Source: Candidatus Limnocylindria bacterium
GTDB lineage: Bacteria > Chloroflexota > Limnocylindria > Limnocylindrales > CSP1-4
Direction of reading: 5' to 3'
DNA: 59,025 nucleotides
Assembly (NCBI GenBank): GCA_035525825.1
Contig: DATLDP010000033.1
Span: 1 to 59,025, forward strand
The notes beneath the pieces were generated by a model that saw only the letters and a list, made by a program, of their open reading frames with translations, was not told the origin of the DNA and ran no database searches. Positions 55,661-59,025 of the stretch are shown piece by piece (position 1 is the first letter of the stretch; each line of letters starts with the position of its first letter). The position numbers were made by a program, and so were the translations under genes.

Positions 55661-56602
55661 CTACTGGAGCTCGGGGGCCCCCTGTCCGCCGATCCACTCG
55701 TCGCGGATCACCTCGAGCGTGCCGTCCTGCTTCAGCGCCTCGATCGCCGCGTTGATGCAGGAGGTCAGCGGACTGTCCTTCGCGAGCAGGACGCTGAAAT
55801 GCTCGACGTCGGCTCCGGCAGCGGTCGGGAGCGAGCCGACGATGACGCCGTCGTCCAGCTGGGCGTCCCGCATGTAGAAGCCTGTGGGCAGGTCGGCGAC
55901 GATGCCGTCGATCTGGCCGGCCTGCAACGCCGAGACGGCCGCGTCGTTGGTGTCGTAGACGGACGGGTCGGTCGTGGGAGCGATCTGGTCGACGATGTAC
56001 TGGTAGCTCGTGGTCCCGACCTGGGCACCGAGCTTGAACTCCTTGAGGCCGGCGACCGTCGTGACCGCCGCGATCGGGGTGCCCTTCACGGCGATGACGG
56101 CCTGGCTCAGGTCGAAGTAGCCCTCGGTGAGATCCACCGCGGTGCGGCGCTCGGAGCTGTCCGAGACCTGTGTCAGGTAGATGTCGAACGGTTTGTCACC
56201 GGGAGCGACGGTGGCGTTGAAGCCGGCCGAGACGACCCACTTGACCTGCTCCTTGGTGTAGCCCAGCCAGTCCGCGATGGCGTACGCGGTGGCGCTCTCG
56301 AGGCCCTTGCCGTTGGTTGGCTCACCGAGCTCCCAGTCGGAGCCAGCCGGCTTGGTGTCCTCGGGGATGTAGTACGGCGGGTATGCGGGATTGTCCGTCG
56401 AGACGGTCAGCGTCCCCGCGGTCAGCGTCTGGAGGTTGGCCGCGGTGCACTGATCCTCGGTGGGCTCGGCGGTGACGACCGCGGCCTGGCTGGCAGCCTG
56501 GCTGGGAGCAGCGGCGGAGGGGGACGCGCCGCCGCCGCCCGGACCGCACGCGGCGGCAAACAGGGCGATGAGTCCGAGCGTGACGATCCGCAGGCGCGCC
56601 AT
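55661..56602 (-). CDS. Polar amino acid ABC substrate-binding lipoprotein
   Basis: Lipobox FAAAC, LTVSTD..YPP, LGAQVGTT; SD gaggagg. Confidence 0.9.
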   Translation of the reverse strand: MARLRIVTLGLIALFAAACGPGGGGASPSAAAPSQAASQAAVVTAEPTEDQCTAANLQTLTAGTLTVSTDNPAYPPYYIPEDTKPAGSDWELGEPTNGKGLESATAYAIADWLGYTKEQVKWVVSAGFNATVAPGDKPFDIYLTQVSDSSERRTAVDLTEGYFDLSQAVIAVKGTPIAAVTTVAGLKEFKLGAQVGTTSYQYIVDQIAPTTDPSVYDTNDAAVSALQAGQIDGIVADLPTGFYMRDAQLDDGVIVGSLPTAAGADVEHFSVLLAKDSPLTSCINAAIEALKQDGTLEVIRDEWIGGQGAPELQ

Positions 56603-56636
56603 GGGGTCCTCCTCCTCTGGACGCCGGAGTGTAGCG

Positions 56637-57461
56637 TCAGGCTCGGGCGATGCCGATTCGGGCTCCCGTGCCGATACGGAGGCGAGACGCCGCATCGCCG
56701 CTCGAGACGGCGAGGGCGAGGTTGCCGTTCGAATCGACGTACACCAACAGCTCGCCGGCTGTTGCGTCACCGAACGTCTGGTGCCAGCGAGCGTGGTCGT
56801 CGCGCGTCGCGGGATCGTCGAGGAGCTCGAGTCCGAGTCGAGTTCCCCACGGGAGGTCGCCGAGCGCCGCCGCGAGGTCCGCGGGGCCGCCAGCGAGCCG
56901 GACGTTGCCGAACGAATCAACGTAGGTCGCCGCGGTCACCAGCCGGCCCTCTTCGACGGTCGCGGTCGCGGCGGGCAGCCGAACGAGGTCGCGCGGCTCG
57001 ACTGCCGGGCCGAGGTCCTCGAACGCGCCGCCGATCGCGAGCTGTGCCGCCATCGGCGCGAACAGGTCCCGGCCGTGGAAGGTCTGGCTGGTGACGGGCA
57101 GCATCCAGGCGCGATTGGCGAGGAGGCGAGATTCGGCGATCCCGCCGAGGCGCTCCGCCGCAGGCACGAGGAGGCCGTTGTCCGGTCCGATCAGCACGTC
57201 GCCGCGAGCCGTCCGGATCCCGATGGGCCTCCGCTCCGTGCCGACCCCGGGATCCACGACCGCCACGTGCACCCCGACGGGCAGCCACGGAACCGCAGCA
57301 GCGAGCAGGTAGGCGCCGTCCGAGATCGCGTACTTCCGCACGGCGTGGCTGATGTCGACGATCTGGGCGTCGCGGGCGATCGAGAGCATCACGCCGCGGC
57401 AGATCGCGGCCGCTCCGTCGAGGCCGAAGTCCGTGAGGAAGCCGATGACCGGTCGCTCCAT
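56637..57461 (-). CDS. SAM hydroxide adenosyltransferase / SAM-dependent halogenase family (DUF62)
   Basis: FLTDFG, VVDPGVG, GPDNG, TFHGRD, YVDSFGN. Confidence 0.92.
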   Translation of the reverse strand: MERPVIGFLTDFGLDGAAAICRGVMLSIARDAQIVDISHAVRKYAISDGAYLLAAAVPWLPVGVHVAVVDPGVGTERRPIGIRTARGDVLIGPDNGLLVPAAERLGGIAESRLLANRAWMLPVTSQTFHGRDLFAPMAAQLAIGGAFEDLGPAVEPRDLVRLPAATATVEEGRLVTAATYVDSFGNVRLAGGPADLAAALGDLPWGTRLGLELLDDPATRDDHARWHQTFGDATAGELLVYVDSNGNLALAVSSGDAASRLRIGTGARIGIARA

Positions 57462-57516
57462 CGCCGAATCGTAGCGGCGCCGAAGGCCGGGCTGGGAACG
57501 CGGCCGCGGAATCGAA

Positions 57517-57544
57517 ACGGCGCCCGGAGGAGGTCGGGCGCCGT
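57517..57544 (-). terminator. Probable terminator downstream of the small gene 57595-57936
   Basis: 10-bp stem acggcgcccg/cgggcgccgt, continuing into tttcgatt on the minus strand. Confidence 0.55.
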
Positions 57545-57594
57545 CTCGACGTTGCGCGAGCGGAGGGGAGGAGATCCTCGCTCGCTGGGGACGT

Positions 57595-57936
57595 TCAGGG
57601 TGTGGGCGGATCGATCACGTGGGTGAAGCCGGCTCGGTTCGAGCGGCGGTCATGGACCGTCGCGCGGCCCACGCCGCGGGGGTGGCGGATTGCGGTTCGC
57701 GGCGGGAGCGCGGCCCGTTCGGCGGTGCGCAGGTCCGCGGCGTGGCGGATGCGGCGATGGATGATCGCCTCGATCTCCGGCAGCGACCAGTGGAACCCCG
57801 CGCTCGGCAGGCCATGCAGGAACGCGGTGAGATTGGCCGCTTCGCCCGTCTCGAGGCCGCGCGCCAGCAGGGAGCGGTAGGTCGCCCGAAGGCTCCTCCC
57901 GATCGACCCGTCCAGCGGTTCGCCCTGGGTCTCCAT
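57595..57936 (-). CDS. Small hypothetical protein divergent from the WYL regulator
   Basis: SD ggag; protein-like N-terminal 70 aa (TYRSLLARGLETGEAANLTAFLHGL); own terminator. Confidence 0.65.
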   Translation of the reverse strand: METQGEPLDGSIGRSLRATYRSLLARGLETGEAANLTAFLHGLPSAGFHWSLPEIEAIIHRRIRHAADLRTAERAALPPRTAIRHPRGVGRATVHDRRSNRAGFTHVIDPPTP

Positions 57937-58090
57937 CGACTCCGGCCATTGCCGTGCAGACCGAGTGGCCGACCGGCGGACGCCGGGCGGTTCGGTGACT
58001 GGATGGTCGGTTCGGTGCGGTCAGGTGACGATGGCCCGTCCGTACCGGTGGGACCGGTACTTTCCGCGAGGGCCCGCCTATCCTCGGCCC

Positions 58091-59025
58091 GTGGATGACC
58101 TCGACGACCTCGGGCGCGAGTCGGAGCGCGAGCCGGGCAAGCGCGATCGAACGGCCCGCCTGATGCGCGTCGCGGGCCTGCTCGCCGGCAACCCCGGCGG
58201 GATCCGGCCCAAGGACATCGCGGAGCGCCTCGGGATGTCAGTCCGAAACGTCTACCGCGACCTCAAGGCCCTCGAGAGCGAGGTTCGGCTGCCGACCTGG
58301 TCCGACGACGGCAAGTGGGGCATCCTCGGGGATGCCTTCCTGCCGCCGCTGAAGCTCACGCTGCCGGAGGCGATGGCGGTCTTCCTCGGCGCGCGGCTGA
58401 TGGTCCGCTACGCCGACAAGTACGACCCCGACCTGGCGTCCGCCTTCGAGAAGCTGGCCGCGACCCTGCCCGAGGCACTCCGCGATCACGTCTCGCGCAG
58501 CCTCGACGTCCTCCAGGACGCGCCCCGCGACCCGGCCTTCAGCGACCACGTCCGCCAGCTCACCCGGGCGTGGGCGGAGCATCGCGTCGTCGAGATCGCG
58601 TACGAGGGCGCCGCGTTCGAGGGCCGAGCCGGCGAGCGCTCCAGGCGGACCGTCCGGCCGTTCCTCATCGAGCCGTCGCTCCAGACCCACGCGCTGTACC
58701 TGATCGGGTGGGACGAGGACCGCGACGCCATCCGGACGTTCAAGATCGAGCGCATCAGCGAGGTCCGGGTGACGGCCCGGAGCTTCGAGCCGCCCGAGGG
58801 CGCGACGCTGGAGCAGGACCTGCGCCGAGGCTGGGACATCATCGCGGACCAGCCCGCGACCGAGGTGGTCCTGCGGTTCGGGCCAACCGTCGCGGATCGC
58901 GTCGCCGAGACGACGTGGCATCCGCTCCAGCAGGTCGAGCGGACGCCGGACGGCGGGCTCATCTGGCGGTCCACGGTGAGCGGCGTCATCGAGATCCGGC
59001 TCTGGATCCTGTCGTGGGGCGAGGA
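58091..59025 (+). CDS. HTH-WYL-WCX transcriptional regulator (PafB/PafC/YafY-like), 3'-truncated; absent from the ORF track
   Basis: Translated by hand from GTG 58091: DIAERLGMSVRNVYRDLKALE HTH; IAY...RTVRPF...LYLIGWDEDRDAIRTFKIERI; IRLWILSWG. Confidence 0.92.
   Translation, partial: MDDLDDLGRESEREPGKRDRTARLMRVAGLLAGNPGGIRPKDIAERLGMSVRNVYRDLKALESEVRLPTWSDDGKWGILGDAFLPPLKLTLPEAMAVFLGARLMVRYADKYDPDLASAFEKLAATLPEALRDHVSRSLDVLQDAPRDPAFSDHVRQLTRAWAEHRVVEIAYEGAAFEGRAGERSRRTVRPFLIEPSLQTHALYLIGWDEDRDAIRTFKIERISEVRVTARSFEPPEGATLEQDLRRGWDIIADQPATEVVLRFGPTVADRVAETTWHPLQQVERTPDGGLIWRSTVSGVIEIRLWILSWGE

Noticed and set aside
56637-57461. Fluorinase/chlorinase activity
   Set aside because: The DUF62 Asp-Arg-His-type motifs (TFHGRD) are typical of the widespread SAM hydrolases, and no halometabolite genes are nearby.
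1-59025. CRISPR arrays, rRNA, IS elements
   Set aside because: None seen: no regularly spaced repeats, rRNA signatures or transposase motifs.

Overview
59 kb of very GC-rich bacterial chromosome, densely coding and mostly housekeeping, transport and respiration. By overall impression (not verified) it resembles an uncultured Chloroflexota lineage such as Ca. Limnocylindria. I found no CRISPR array, integrase or transposase. Two tRNAs are present (initiator tRNA-Met CAT, tRNA-Lys TTT). The most striking content is respiratory. (1) A translationally coupled operon (43034 to 36450, minus strand) links a GltD/NfnB/DsrL-like NADP(H) flavo-Fe-S protein to a b6-type Rieske/cytochrome b complex. Its cytochrome c carries a type-1 copper (cupredoxin) domain, and a double-anchored Kelch propeller gene follows. 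(2) An A2-type heme-copper oxidase operon (4022-11162) has the same kind of cupredoxin domain on subunit II and on an unusual extra subunit. Together these suggest a respiratory chain wired by membrane-tethered blue-copper domains. Other candidates: an unrecognised ~65-aa domain present both alone and fused to PAS next to tRNA-Lys; a strong promoter driving a probable ~80-nt structured RNA; a BldC/MerR-like HTH-4xGAF-GGDEF protein; an orphan non-pyrrolysine MttB; a WYL regulator divergent from a small unknown gene; and pervasive leaderless-type promoters. All calls rest on motifs recognised by eye; no database searches were run.
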